A model generated the notes under the pieces. The model was not told where the DNA came from and searched no databases. It saw nothing but the letters and a program-made list of their open reading frames with translations. Shown here in pieces: positions 1-9,823 of a DNA stretch of 64,000 bases (its first letter is position 1; each line of letters opens with the position of its first letter). The position numbers and the translations under genes were made by a program. Source of the DNA: a virus. The DNA lies in the IMG/VR virus record IMGVR_UViG_3300022602_000033; one strand, written 5' to 3'.

Positions 1-819
1 GGTCATCAAGCTGAGGTTGCCAGCTGTGTTCTGCCCAGTGTTGGTGCTGTCTATCACAGCACCCTGCGTGGCAGTGGCATAGCCAGCTATCCTGATCAGA
101 CCGCTGGCCCCGCTCGCTATGTAGCCGTAGGCATTGTCGTTGGCTAACACATTGATCTTAGCGCCATAATTTCCCGGAATCGCCGTGCCTACGCCCACTC
201 TCTGGGCTGAGTCCAGCACCATGGCGTTGCTGCCACCCGTGGCCAGCATCAGCGTGTTTGAGTTGATCAGGAAGAGGCCGTTGCCCGTGACTGGACCGTT
301 GGTGGTCAAGCGGTAGCTGGTGGCGAACACATTGCCTGTTGCTGTGAGGTTACCGGTGATGTCCCAGCTGGGTCCACCAGTGCTCAGCGTGTTGGGATAC
401 ACGGACCCTGTGGCCGGCACGTTCAGCGTGTTGGGTAGGTTGCTGAGCTCTATCTCTATGTTGGCGCCGTTGGGCGGAGGTGTGTTGAAGGTGATGTTGG
501 TGCCGGTCCAGGTGTATTGGTTCTTGCGCTGGTACACGCCACCTATGAATATCTGCGTGTTCAGAGTGGTGCTGGCATTGTAGTTGCCAGTGCTGAAGCT
601 GGTGGTCACGCCATCGCCGGTGTAGTCGTAGATGCTCATGCTGTTCACAGCAGAGGTCAGCTGGCTACCGTCTGCGAACAGTATGGCGTTGGTTACCTGC
701 ACGTTGGCAGCGTTGATGTACTGCCCCACGGCCACGTTGGCCGTGAAGCCGGTCACAGAGACGTTGCTGTTGCTGGTGTTGGGCGCTACGTTAGCTAGGT
801 TAAATGCGTTGCTGACCAT
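1..819 (-). CDS. Tail-fibre-like virion protein, 3' end runs off the window (not in ORF track)
   Basis: ATG at 819 (MVSNAFNLANVAPNTS...) and open frame to base 1. Contains the YTGDGVTTSFSTGNY...GVYQRKNQYTWTGTNITF...GGPSWD module also present twice in 4813..7125. Late promoter core 8 nt upstream. Confidence 0.85.
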   Translation of the reverse strand, partial: MVSNAFNLANVAPNTSNSNVSVTGFTANVAVGQYINAANVQVTNAILFADGSQLTSAVNSMSIYDYTGDGVTTSFSTGNYNASTTLNTQIFIGGVYQRKNQYTWTGTNITFNTPPPNGANIEIELSNLPNTLNVPATGSVYPNTLSTGGPSWDITGNLTATGNVFATSYRLTTNGPVTGNGLFLINSNTLMLATGGSNAMVLDSAQRVGVGTAIPGNYGAKINVLANDNAYGYIASGASGLIRIAGYATATQGAVIDSTNTGQNTAGNLSLMT

Positions 820-827
820 GTTGCCGA

Positions 828-833
828 TATTTA
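828..833 (-). promoter_or_regulatory. T4-like late promoter core TAAATA (GATAAATATC) within a GCCGAT/ATCGGC inverted repeat (823-838)
   Basis: Intergenic, 8 nt upstream of ATG 819. The same core precedes most structural units. Confidence 0.75.
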
Positions 834-895
834 TCGGCGCGCGAGCAGGGCAGCGATGTCAGTGGCTATGATGTCTATGAGATAGATTAGGTCAG

Positions 896-1090
896 TCATC
901 TGTTATCAGCCTTTTCTTCGCCCTGTGGATCATCTGCAGCATTGCTCTGTGCTACCCACTTGAGATATGCCGCATAATCACTGTTCAGAGGATCTGGCGG
1001 TATTCCCATGCTGCTGTCCTTGGCGTCGTTCAACCAACGTGTGATGCTCACTATCTCGTTGGTATCAGGATCTCGATTAATCTGATACAT
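896..1090 (-). CDS. Small tail-fibre assembly/chaperone-like protein
   Basis: 64 aa with IPPDPLNSDYAAYLKWVA, a motif typical of small proteins directly downstream of phage fibre genes. Starts 1 nt after the 1092..2933 stop. Confidence 0.7.
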   Translation of the reverse strand: MYQINRDPDTNEIVSITRWLNDAKDSSMGIPPDPLNSDYAAYLKWVAQSNAADDPQGEEKADNR

Positions 1091-1091
1091 G

Positions 1092-2933
1092 TTAGATCTC
1101 CGCTTGGAATGCTATGAGGTTGGTGGCGTTCTGGGTGAATATGTAAATCACCGCTGCACCGCCAAACACCTGCGGACTGCCGCTGCCGCTGCCATACATG
1201 GTGTTGGTAGCTGCGTTGAAGTTTATCATGGCGCCGTTGATGCCCAGATAAGCAGTGTTGGTGGTGCCAAATGTGCCACTGCCTGGTCCGGGCCAGTTGC
1301 CTCCTATAGCAGTGCCACTGGGATTGGTATAGAGGAAGGTCGGCGCAGCTCTCATGGTAACTGGGAACGTAACATGTAGCAACAGGACAGTACCTGACAC
1401 GCTGCTGATTATGTGTCCTCCCGTGGCGTAGTTGGCACCGCTGTTGTTGGGACCCGCCGTGCCATTTACTATGTTGTAATAGTAGCGCTGGCATAGAGCC
1501 AGCTCTGTTTGATCCAATCTGCGCTCAAATGGGGTAGCCACGGTGCCAATCTCAAACTGTACTCCCGTGATGTACCAGTTGGCGCCAAGGTTGCTGACCA
1601 ACTGTGTCTGACCTGTGACACCCGCATTCGCTACGCTGCCCCATGAGCCGGCTGCACCTAACAGAGAACTTCCGGTACCAAGGCTCCATCGCACTGCCAG
1701 CAGGCCAGTGTTGGCAGTGCCTGTGGTAAACCATGTGCCGGTGACATCACCAGGGATGGTCACGGTCACGAAAGTCCATGTGTTAGCTGATGTTAAAGTG
1801 TAACTGAAAACATAGACTCTGGTGCCATTGCCATTGTTAAGGCTGCCGCCAAAAGTACCGGCGATGCTGCAGTACACCCAGAAGCTCAACGTAACAGGTT
1901 TGGCAGAGGTTGTGCCCCAGGCAAGATCGTACATGTTGTACCCCTCTATCCAATGCACCATTTCGTAATTGTAGGTAGTGGTGCTGAGAGGATCAGCTGT
2001 GGCCACCGTCAATCCCATGTAGTAGGCAAATCCCGCGGGCGGTGTCACGGAATTCCTGTTTTGTTGTGCAGTGAACACACCAGATCCCCAGGTACCGTTA
2101 CCACTGCGTGAGTTGAAACGATCCACCGGATATATGGATGTGGTATTCATCGTCACTGCTGCGCCGCCGTTGCGCTGGTCCACGGCCATGGCTCCGTTGA
2201 TGACCTTGTTCCTTGGACCAAGGCTTTGAGCAGTGTTAAATTGTGTAGCATCAGCAAAGCTCTGCGTGCCATTGATCTGTAGCGTGCTTATGGGGGCTGT
2301 GGTGCCAATACCTAAATTCCCAGTACCTGTGATGCGCATCACTTCGGCTATGGCTGTGCTACCGTTTGGTGTGGTGGAAAACACAAGCCCACCTCCGCGA
2401 GTGGTAGCTGACCAATTCTCAGTGGCTATGCCAGTTATCCATGCATTGCGTTGATAGGCCGTGCCATCATATCCACCAACCTGATAATAACCCAGCGTGT
2501 CGCCACTCAGCACTGCTGTGGGCGCGGCCTGAGTACCGCGTGCTGCGAATGCTGAGAAAACTGGTGTTCCTACGCCTGCCACACCGGCAGATCGAATGAC
2601 TATGCGTTCAGTGTTGCTTTGGCCTTGTATCAATATCGCCGGGGAACCTGCAGCGATGACCGCAGAGCTCTGCACCGTCAATGGTGCAGTTGGTGTGCCA
2701 GTGGCTATGCCAACATTGCCATTGGCATCAACGATGACCTGTGCTGCACCATTGGTGGCCAGAGCCAAGCTGTTGGCAGCGTTGGCATAGATTCCCACTG
2801 GTGGTGGCAGGGTGCCCGTGACACTCACGTTGCCCGCAGCGATGTTGCCAGCGTTGATGTTGCCAGCATAGAGGCTGCTGCTGGTGAACAGCGTGGTCTG
2901 GTTGATCATGGTGCCTGCGACGTAATCGGTCAT
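1092..2933 (-). CDS. Tail fibre/adhesin with beta-sandwich (carbohydrate-binding-like) domain
   Basis: GNVGIGT-type shaft repeats, then RNKVINGAM..DQRN...GVQFEIGTVATPFERR...LALCQRYY domain shared with 9824..10942. Confidence 0.8.
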   Translation of the reverse strand: MTDYVAGTMINQTTLFTSSSLYAGNINAGNIAAGNVSVTGTLPPPVGIYANAANSLALATNGAAQVIVDANGNVGIATGTPTAPLTVQSSAVIAAGSPAILIQGQSNTERIVIRSAGVAGVGTPVFSAFAARGTQAAPTAVLSGDTLGYYQVGGYDGTAYQRNAWITGIATENWSATTRGGGLVFSTTPNGSTAIAEVMRITGTGNLGIGTTAPISTLQINGTQSFADATQFNTAQSLGPRNKVINGAMAVDQRNGGAAVTMNTTSIYPVDRFNSRSGNGTWGSGVFTAQQNRNSVTPPAGFAYYMGLTVATADPLSTTTYNYEMVHWIEGYNMYDLAWGTTSAKPVTLSFWVYCSIAGTFGGSLNNGNGTRVYVFSYTLTSANTWTFVTVTIPGDVTGTWFTTGTANTGLLAVRWSLGTGSSLLGAAGSWGSVANAGVTGQTQLVSNLGANWYITGVQFEIGTVATPFERRLDQTELALCQRYYYNIVNGTAGPNNSGANYATGGHIISSVSGTVLLLHVTFPVTMRAAPTFLYTNPSGTAIGGNWPGPGSGTFGTTNTAYLGINGAMINFNAATNTMYGSGSGSPQVFGGAAVIYIFTQNATNLIAFQAEI

Positions 2934-2936
2934 TGC

Positions 2937-3314
2937 TTAGGTCCTTGGTTTCCAGGTTCTGCTGTCTTCATCCCAGTCATATCGGTTGCCATCTGCGGGA
3001 TATGCAACTGGTGCTGTCCATAGCCAATTGGTGGCTGAGCTGATGGTCCATGATGCATATGGCCGCGGCGGGTAGAACACGTCATTGGCACGATCATAAA
3101 CATAGCCCAAGCCTGCATAATTGCCTCGCAATGGTGGATTGATGTCGCTGTCATCTGCTCCAGTGTGAGGATCGTAATGCCTGTTGCCGCGAGTGTTGTA
3201 GCTGGTCTGTATCCATTCACCTGGGCTAGTATCCACGAAGGTATCGAAGAAGCTGGCTTCAGCCACCAGCATGTCAACCACCCTGTCATCTCGCACTTTA
3301 GCCCAATGTCCCAT
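2937..3314 (-). CDS. Conserved phage fibre-associated protein (start corrected to ATG 3314, 125 aa)
   Basis: MGHWAKV...WIQTSYNTRG...LRGNYAGLGYVYD...FYPPRPYASW...WTAPVAYP...YDWDE. Purine-rich RBS-like stretch before 3314. The ORF-track extension to 3551 overlaps the upstream gene. Confidence 0.75.
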   Translation of the reverse strand: MGHWAKVRDDRVVDMLVAEASFFDTFVDTSPGEWIQTSYNTRGNRHYDPHTGADDSDINPPLRGNYAGLGYVYDRANDVFYPPRPYASWTISSATNWLWTAPVAYPADGNRYDWDEDSRTWKPRT

Positions 3315-3331
3315 TTCTCTTATCTTCCCTA

Positions 3332-4816
3332 TCAGCCACCGGTGGTATAGCGTATTATCACGATGCCACTGCCACCGTTGCCACCGTTGTTTGGAGTGGT
3401 TCCACCGCCACCGCCACCGCTGCCTGTGTTTGCTAACGCTGCAGTACCCGGTCCAGCTCCGGGGCTTGATCCTCGACCGCCACCACCTTTGCCACCTACT
3501 CCCCAATATAAACCAGTATCGCTGGTAGCCCCACCACCACCAGCTATCCAACGATTGCCGTCAACTTCTAAGTTACCAGTGCCAGTAGCACTGAGGAAGT
3601 TACCAACAGCGCTGTCAACTAAACCATTGCCTCCATAACCATATGTTGTTGAGCCAGCCGACCATCCACTGGCCACGCCGTTACCTCCCACAGCACCTGC
3701 TCCACCACCGCCGCTAGCCCCGCTGTAATCATTGCTGTTGCCAGTGTTGTTGGCCCCAGTCCCGCCATTGTTACCCTGTCCAGCCGTGCCAACAGCGGTG
3801 GTTCCAAGGTTGCTGGTTGTACCACCACCTGATCCACCAGAAGTCCCTGCTATACCAGTCCAACTGCCGCCTCCTCCGCCGCCTATGGCTGTGAGACCAA
3901 AGGCTGTGCTGTTAGTGCCACTTCCGCCAACGATATTAGCACCACTACCACCTGTCCCACCAGGCCCAACAGTTACAGTATAGCTAAGAACCGACACTGC
4001 AGCAGTAGTGAATATCAATCCACCAGCACCTCCACCTCCGCCCACGTCCCAGCCTCCACCGCCACCGCCTGCTACGATCAACACTGTAACTGTAGTGCTG
4101 CCTTTGGTAACTGTGAACGTACCAGAACCCGTGAACACATGATAGGTGAAACCTCCAGTAGTAACGATGCTGTTACCTCCTGTAGCTGCAAATGATGTCT
4201 TGATAGTAAACCATATAGATCCGTCGTATCCTTCCACGCTGGTGTTGGATGTGTTCCAGCGTATGGTGCCAGCAGGAGGGCTGGCCGGTCGTTGTGCTAG
4301 GGTGCCAGATGGCAAGGCCAGACCATCCGTGCGCTGGCTGATGTCAAGTGCTACCACAGGAGTGGTACTGGTTATGCCTAGATTGCCAGTGTTGCCCACG
4401 GTCATCAGCTGCACGAAGACGTTGCTGTACACGTGGAAAGGACTGCTGCCATCCCCGCCAATGTATCCGCCACCTACGGTATCGTTGCTTCTGAACAATC
4501 CCAGTTGCGCACTGCCCGTATTAATTGTGAAACGCGGATATCCATTCACATCGCTGCTGACGAAGCTAGCAAATCCGTCCACAACATTGAGCTTAGCAGT
4601 AGGCGAAGTTGAGTTGATACCAACCTTACCATTCGCATCAATCACCATCACCTGCGTGTTGTTGGTTGCGAATCCCAGCTGATTGGTGTTAGGACTAAAC
4701 AACCCCACGCTGGGCAAGCTGTTGGCAGTCACGCTCACGTTGGCTGCGATCACGGCTCCCGTGGTAACCACGTTGGCGTTGCCCTGCAGCATGTATCCTG
4801 GGACGAAGCTGGTCAT
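3332..4816 (-). CDS. Fibre/adhesin with C-terminal glycine-rich (polyglycine II) domain
   Basis: Shaft repeats, LPSGTLAQRP..GTIRWNTS..EGYDGS.W linker, then TYHVFTGSGTF..LIVAGGGGGG...GGSGIVIIRY glycine-rich domain. Confidence 0.8.
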   Translation of the reverse strand: MTSFVPGYMLQGNANVVTTGAVIAANVSVTANSLPSVGLFSPNTNQLGFATNNTQVMVIDANGKVGINSTSPTAKLNVVDGFASFVSSDVNGYPRFTINTGSAQLGLFRSNDTVGGGYIGGDGSSPFHVYSNVFVQLMTVGNTGNLGITSTTPVVALDISQRTDGLALPSGTLAQRPASPPAGTIRWNTSNTSVEGYDGSIWFTIKTSFAATGGNSIVTTGGFTYHVFTGSGTFTVTKGSTTVTVLIVAGGGGGGWDVGGGGGAGGLIFTTAAVSVLSYTVTVGPGGTGGSGANIVGGSGTNSTAFGLTAIGGGGGGSWTGIAGTSGGSGGGTTSNLGTTAVGTAGQGNNGGTGANNTGNSNDYSGASGGGGAGAVGGNGVASGWSAGSTTYGYGGNGLVDSAVGNFLSATGTGNLEVDGNRWIAGGGGATSDTGLYWGVGGKGGGGRGSSPGAGPGTAALANTGSGGGGGGTTPNNGGNGGSGIVIIRYTTGG

Positions 4817-7125
4817 GGATGTGCCTCCACATAGGCTGCTAATCTTGCTTCTAGAGCGTTTACCTTAGCATCGAGTTCTTGCAAGGCGCCAGTCAATCTG
4901 GCTACAAGCTTGGCAGAATCAAGACCCTGTGGAACCAAGCCTTTATCTGGGTCTACAGCGTCTTTCTCGCCGTGCACAGCATATGGTGCTATCTCCTGCA
5001 CTTCGTGGGCTATGAAACCTTCGCTGTAAGTACCATCGGCTGTCCAATCAAACGTGACTGGGCGCAGCTTGCTGATCCATGCAAGGCTGCTGGTCATGGT
5101 TTGCACGTTGGTCTTGAGCCTGTAATCCGAAGTCACAGTGAATGCACTGGCATACAGCGGCACATATGTGCTGGGTCCAGCATTGAGGAAACGATAACCA
5201 GACACAGTGAAAGCACCTGTGCTGGCACGATAGTTTATGTATATGTCGCTGGTCTGCCCTAGATTCGCTGCAAAGTCAAATTCATTATTTGAATATATGA
5301 AACCATTGATGCCGTTGGTAGCTAGGCTGTAATTGGTGTTACCAGTGGCTATGCTCATCCTATATCCTGCTGAGGTAGAGGTGCTTGTGCCAACTAATAG
5401 GTTACCATAGGTGTCAATGCGCATGGCTTCGTTACCAGCGTTCCTGTACCAAGCATGATAAGGTGCTGCTGTGCCTGTGCCCTGTATCTGATAGAGGTTG
5501 TAACCAGTCTGTAGATCATAGATCAGATATTGATTGTTGGCGTTAAGCCCAACTCCTGTGAATATGTTGTTGGTGCTACCATCGCTGTTCAGAGCTCTGT
5601 AGCGTGTGCCTACCTGTGCACCATTGCTGTTACCGTAGAGCTGGAGCTGGCTATATCCACTGCTCCATATGTCCAGCTGATAGCTTGGGCTGTTGGTACC
5701 TATACCAACTAACCCACTGCTGCTAATGCGCATGCGTTCGATTGCGCCAGTGGCAAATGCAATTGGGGTACCACCATTTGTCCAGACTAAAGCATTTGAC
5801 ACATTTTGAAATAAAAGATACCCAAGGCCGGCATTGGATAACCCAGCAGTTGTTCCAGTGGCAGAGTTTCCATTTTGCCCTAAAAAAGTCCCGGTGTATG
5901 TTGGGGTAGAAAGGTAATCACTAGCAACAATGCCCATTCTTGGCGTGTCAGTTGAAGATGTGCCGCTAACGGTTAATTTGCCAATTGATTCGGGATTAGG
6001 CGTCCCCATACCCATATTACCAGCATCAGTGAAGGTAAACAGGTCGGTTGTGGTTGACGAGATCCTAGAAGATAGATTGTATTTCCAACCAGTGCCATCA
6101 CCTATCAGCACACGACCGCTCACAGGACTTCCCCAACCTCCTGTATAATAGGCGCTACCACCTGCGCGAGCAGGGATGTCAGCATTACCCGTGCTGCGAA
6201 TGCTGTTGTTTACCTCTAGTTGCACGCTAGGAGAAGTGGTGTTTACACCCAAGAAGCCAGCTGCGGTCCAGTAAGGTCCACCAGTGCTGAGGCTGGTTGG
6301 CACCACGCTGCCCTGGGCAGGCGTGCTGACCATGCTGTTCACGCTGTTGATGATGATCTCTATGCTGGCACCCGCGGGCGGTGCCGTGGCGAAGGTGATG
6401 TTGGTGCCAGTCCAGGTGTACTGGCTCTTGCTCTGGTAGATGCTGCCCACGTACACCGTGGTGTTAAGCACGCTGGTGGCAGAGTAGTTGCCAGTGGCAA
6501 ACACGGTCTGTGAGCCTGTTCCTGTGTAGTTGAACAGGCTGGGATTGGCCAGCGCAGTGCTGAGATAGCTGCCATCACTGAACACCAGATTGCGCTGCAC
6601 CGTGAGATTGCTGCTGATCGTGACGTTGCCTAGGTTGTCCCAGCTGGGACCACCTGTGCTGAGCGTGCTGGGTGTGACAGATCCTGCAGCAGGCACGGTG
6701 ATCACGGTGTTGATGGTCTGTATGTTGATCTCTATGGCCGTGCCCGCAGGTGGTGGCTGCGTGAAGGTTATGGTAGTACCTGTCCATGTGTATTGGTTCT
6801 TGCGCTGATACACGCCTGATATGAACACGTTGGTGTTGAGCGTGCTGGTGGCTGAGTAGTTGCCAGTGCTGAACGCAGTGGTCACGCCATCGCCCGTGTA
6901 GTCAAACACTGAGCTGGCGCCGCTGGCCGTGCTCAGCACTGATCCGTCGGCAAACACCAAGCTGCGACCCACTATGGTGTTGCTGGTGCTGCTGATGTTG
7001 CCCTGGCCGTCGATGGTGAATTCCGTGCTGCCCGTGATGGTGTTGCTGAACACCGTGCTGTTGGCAGTGCTGTTCTGCACCGTGAGTGCGTAGTTGCTGA
7101 GCCCGTATGCGGGTGAGTTGGCCAT
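4813..7125 (-). CDS. Tail fibre with C-terminal peptidase S74 intramolecular chaperone
   Basis: TSDYRLKTNV...LRPVTFDW...GFIAHEVQE...coiled coil at the C-terminus. Two N-terminal YTG.G..T.F repeat modules. RBS AGGA upstream. Confidence 0.85.
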   Translation of the reverse strand: MANSPAYGLSNYALTVQNSTANSTVFSNTITGSTEFTIDGQGNISSTSNTIVGRSLVFADGSVLSTASGASSVFDYTGDGVTTAFSTGNYSATSTLNTNVFISGVYQRKNQYTWTGTTITFTQPPPAGTAIEINIQTINTVITVPAAGSVTPSTLSTGGPSWDNLGNVTISSNLTVQRNLVFSDGSYLSTALANPSLFNYTGTGSQTVFATGNYSATSVLNTTVYVGSIYQSKSQYTWTGTNITFATAPPAGASIEIIINSVNSMVSTPAQGSVVPTSLSTGGPYWTAAGFLGVNTTSPSVQLEVNNSIRSTGNADIPARAGGSAYYTGGWGSPVSGRVLIGDGTGWKYNLSSRISSTTTDLFTFTDAGNMGMGTPNPESIGKLTVSGTSSTDTPRMGIVASDYLSTPTYTGTFLGQNGNSATGTTAGLSNAGLGYLLFQNVSNALVWTNGGTPIAFATGAIERMRISSSGLVGIGTNSPSYQLDIWSSGYSQLQLYGNSNGAQVGTRYRALNSDGSTNNIFTGVGLNANNQYLIYDLQTGYNLYQIQGTGTAAPYHAWYRNAGNEAMRIDTYGNLLVGTSTSTSAGYRMSIATGNTNYSLATNGINGFIYSNNEFDFAANLGQTSDIYINYRASTGAFTVSGYRFLNAGPSTYVPLYASAFTVTSDYRLKTNVQTMTSSLAWISKLRPVTFDWTADGTYSEGFIAHEVQEIAPYAVHGEKDAVDPDKGLVPQGLDSAKLVARLTGALQELDAKVNALEARLAAYVEAHP

Positions 7126-7148
7126 GTGGTTTCCTGATCAGTGGCAGA

Positions 7149-7154
7149 TATTTA
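7149..7154 (-). promoter_or_regulatory. Late promoter core TAAATA within CAGAT/ATCTG inverted repeat (7145-7158)
   Basis: Intergenic, upstream of ATG 7125. Confidence 0.75.
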
Positions 7155-7162
7155 TCTGGAGA

Positions 7163-8329
7163 TCAATAGTAGATAACACAGTAGGCACCACCACCGCCCG
7201 TGCTGGTATACTGGCTGGTGCTGATCACTATGTCACCGCCCCAGGCATACTTGCTCCAACCGTTGTAGGTGTCTATGGTCTTGGCCAGATCTGGGTCTTC
7301 ATACATGGCTGGGATCTGCTGCTCACCCGTGAAGGTAGCACCCTGTATCACGGTTGGTCCTATGAAACCGCTGCCTCCGCCGCCTCCAGCCATGGTGTTG
7401 GATTCGTAATAGCCACCGCCACCGCCGCCCCAGTAGCCGCCGCCACCTCCGCCACCATAGGCGTTGCTGGACCCGTATCCGCCTGCCAGCGCCCCGCTGC
7501 CGCCCCCTGCGTTACCTTGCGTGACACCTGTTGCTCCTGCAGAAGTCTGCGTGCCCGGACCTCCGCCGCTGCTGGCGCGACCGTCATAGGGGCTGTTACC
7601 AGTCTGGCCGCTAGCTCCCCCTCCTGCACCTCCCCAGTTGCCATCAAGGAAGCGGCTGCTGCCTCCGCCACCACCACCACCGGCTATGAGCAGCGCACCT
7701 GCTTGGCTGACACTGCCTCTGAATATGCCGCTGTAGCCGCCTCCAGATCCCGCATATCGATTATCTGAGTTGTTGTACATGCCGCCTCCGCCGCCGTAGC
7801 TATTCACAGTTGCTCCCGGATAGTTACATTGGCCTGCCACGCCAACCACCAGCGTCAGCGTCTCGCCTGGTACCACAGGTATGATGCCTCTGCTGTGACC
7901 ACCACCGCCGCCTCTGCTGCCTGTGTTCCAGCCACCGCTGCTGCCGCCGCCACCACCAGCTCCCCACAGCTTGGCATAGATGTACTGCACGCCAGCTGGG
8001 ACCACCAAGCTTTGGTTAGCACCTGTGGGTATGTAGACCACACGAGTCCTACCCGCAGGCGTCACGGTCTGGCTCTGGCTGATGAAGGTGAATCCCGCGT
8101 AGCTTGTGAGCACGTTGCCGGTGTTGTCCAGCGCAAGGTACACGTTGCCGCTGTTGCCTAGTCCCAGCGTGCTGGTGCCAGTGATCACTGACAGGTTGCC
8201 TATCTGCGCCTGGCCTATGCTGTTGGGCACGATGTTTGAACCTGCGATCAGAGTGGTGGTGCTGTTGCTGACCAAACCGCTGCCACCTGCGGCCGATATG
8301 CCGTTCTGTCCATCTATGATGATGCTCAT
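7163..8329 (-). CDS. Glycine-rich adhesin-like protein, paralog A
   Basis: VPAGVQYIYAKLWGAGGGGG...LLIAGGGGGGG...GGGGYWGGGGG glycine-rich domain. Close paralog of 8642..9820. Confidence 0.8.
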   Translation of the reverse strand: MSIIIDGQNGISAAGGSGLVSNSTTTLIAGSNIVPNSIGQAQIGNLSVITGTSTLGLGNSGNVYLALDNTGNVLTSYAGFTFISQSQTVTPAGRTRVVYIPTGANQSLVVPAGVQYIYAKLWGAGGGGGSSGGWNTGSRGGGGGHSRGIIPVVPGETLTLVVGVAGQCNYPGATVNSYGGGGGMYNNSDNRYAGSGGGYSGIFRGSVSQAGALLIAGGGGGGGSSRFLDGNWGGAGGGASGQTGNSPYDGRASSGGGPGTQTSAGATGVTQGNAGGGSGALAGGYGSSNAYGGGGGGGYWGGGGGGYYESNTMAGGGGGSGFIGPTVIQGATFTGEQQIPAMYEDPDLAKTIDTYNGWSKYAWGGDIVISTSQYTSTGGGGAYCVIYY

Positions 8330-8631
8330 GGCTTGGGATACCTCGCCTTGACAGCAGCTATCTGATCTGCCATGTCTTGTGGGAATGCACCAGCGCGATA
8401 CAGTGCATCCAGCTGTTCGCCTATGCTTGGATAGTCCATGGCCCTCTGCCGCTGATAGTGCGTGATGTCCCAGGCTGCCTGCAGCTGATCGCGCTGTGCT
8501 GCTACCTCGGCTTCAGTGGGAGCAGAGTTTTCGCTGTCAAACCACTGCATTGTCTCCCAGAGATCATCCTTGATGGTGAAAGCCGAGCCCGGTCTCAGCG
8601 CAAGCATGGCATCTGTGTAGGTGTATCTCAT
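8326..8631 (-). CDS. Small fibre chaperone (XkdW-like)
   Basis: ALRPGS...PTEAEV...YQRQRAMDYPSIGEQLDAL...AVKARYPK. Paralog of 10939..11274. ATGA coupling to the next gene. Confidence 0.7.
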   Translation of the reverse strand: MRYTYTDAMLALRPGSAFTIKDDLWETMQWFDSENSAPTEAEVAAQRDQLQAAWDITHYQRQRAMDYPSIGEQLDALYRAGAFPQDMADQIAAVKARYPKP

Positions 8632-8641
8632 GTCATCGCTC

Positions 8642-9820
8642 CTAGTAGTAGATCACGCAGTAGCCGCCGCCGCCACCAGTGCTGGTGTATTGTGCGCCGC
8701 CGCTGATGTTGGCATCGCCGCCCCAGCCGTATTTGTTCCATCCGTTGTATGTATCCACAGTCTTGGCCAGATCTTGGTCTTCGTACAAAGCTGGCCAGTT
8801 CTGCTGTCCAGTGAAGGTAGCCCCGAATCGCACGCTGGCAGATATGAAGCCGCTGCCACCACCTCCTCCAGCCATGGTGTTGGGTTCTATGTAACCGCCA
8901 CCGCCACCGCCCCAGTAGCCTCCGCCGCCACCGCCACCATAGGGATTGGTGCTGACAGGTCCGCCAGCGCCTCCTGTGAGCGCCGTGCCAGCTGCTGCGC
9001 CCGTACCAGCAGCTCCACCGCCTGTCTGACTGCCAGGACCGCCGCCGTAGGCGCTATAGCTATCATAGGGTGCGTTACCAGTCTGGCCAGTGGGGCCACC
9101 GCCAGCTCCGCCCCAGTTGCCATCACGGAACCTGCTGCTGCCACCACCACCACCGCCACCAGATATGAGCAGCGCATTGGCTTGGCTGTTGCTGGCGCCT
9201 CTGAATATGCCTGTGAGCCCGCCTCCACTGCCACAGAAATAGTTGTTGGTGTTGGTGGCCAATCCGCCCCCGCCGCCGTATCTGGGTGTGGTGCTGCCTG
9301 CATAGTTGGTCTGGCCTGCTAAACCAACCATTATGGTCAGCGTCTCGGTTGGTACCACGGGTATCAGCCCACGAGCATGCCCACCGCCACCGCCTCTGCT
9401 GCCAGTGACCCAGCCACCCTGGCTGCCAGCTGCGCCGCCTGCACCCCACAGTTTCGCGTATATCCACGTGATGCCTGCAGGTACCACAAAGCTCTGATCA
9501 GCACCAGTTGGTATGAAAACCACCCTGGTCTTGTTGGTGGGCAGCACCTGCACCTGCTGGCTCACGAATGTGAACTGTGCGAAGTTGGTCAGCAAGTTTC
9601 CCGTGCTGTCCAAGGTCACGGTGGCATTGCCGGCTGTGGTCAGCGTGAGGCTGTTGGTCCCGCTGATGAGGGTGTTCACGGTACCAATCTGTCCGCTGGT
9701 TATAGTGTTCAACGCCAGCGTGCTGGCCTGCACAGATGCCGGGGGTGCTGAGCTGGCATTCACTACTGTGCTAACGCCAGTGCCACTGATGCCATTGGTT
9801 CCATCAATGATGATGGTCAT
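8642..9820 (-). CDS. Glycine-rich adhesin-like protein, paralog B
   Basis: Same architecture as 7163..8329, including DLAKT.DTYNGW.KY.WGGD and terminal YCVIYY. Confidence 0.8.
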   Translation of the reverse strand: MTIIIDGTNGISGTGVSTVVNASSAPPASVQASTLALNTITSGQIGTVNTLISGTNSLTLTTAGNATVTLDSTGNLLTNFAQFTFVSQQVQVLPTNKTRVVFIPTGADQSFVVPAGITWIYAKLWGAGGAAGSQGGWVTGSRGGGGGHARGLIPVVPTETLTIMVGLAGQTNYAGSTTPRYGGGGGLATNTNNYFCGSGGGLTGIFRGASNSQANALLISGGGGGGGSSRFRDGNWGGAGGGPTGQTGNAPYDSYSAYGGGPGSQTGGGAAGTGAAAGTALTGGAGGPVSTNPYGGGGGGGYWGGGGGGYIEPNTMAGGGGGSGFISASVRFGATFTGQQNWPALYEDQDLAKTVDTYNGWNKYGWGGDANISGGAQYTSTGGGGGYCVIYY

Positions 9821-9823
9821 GGG

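Noticed and set aside
7163-9820. Diversity-generating retroelement TR/VR pair
   Set aside because: Differences between the paralog 3' ends involve all bases and an indel, both copies are intact ORFs, and no reverse transcriptase is in the window.
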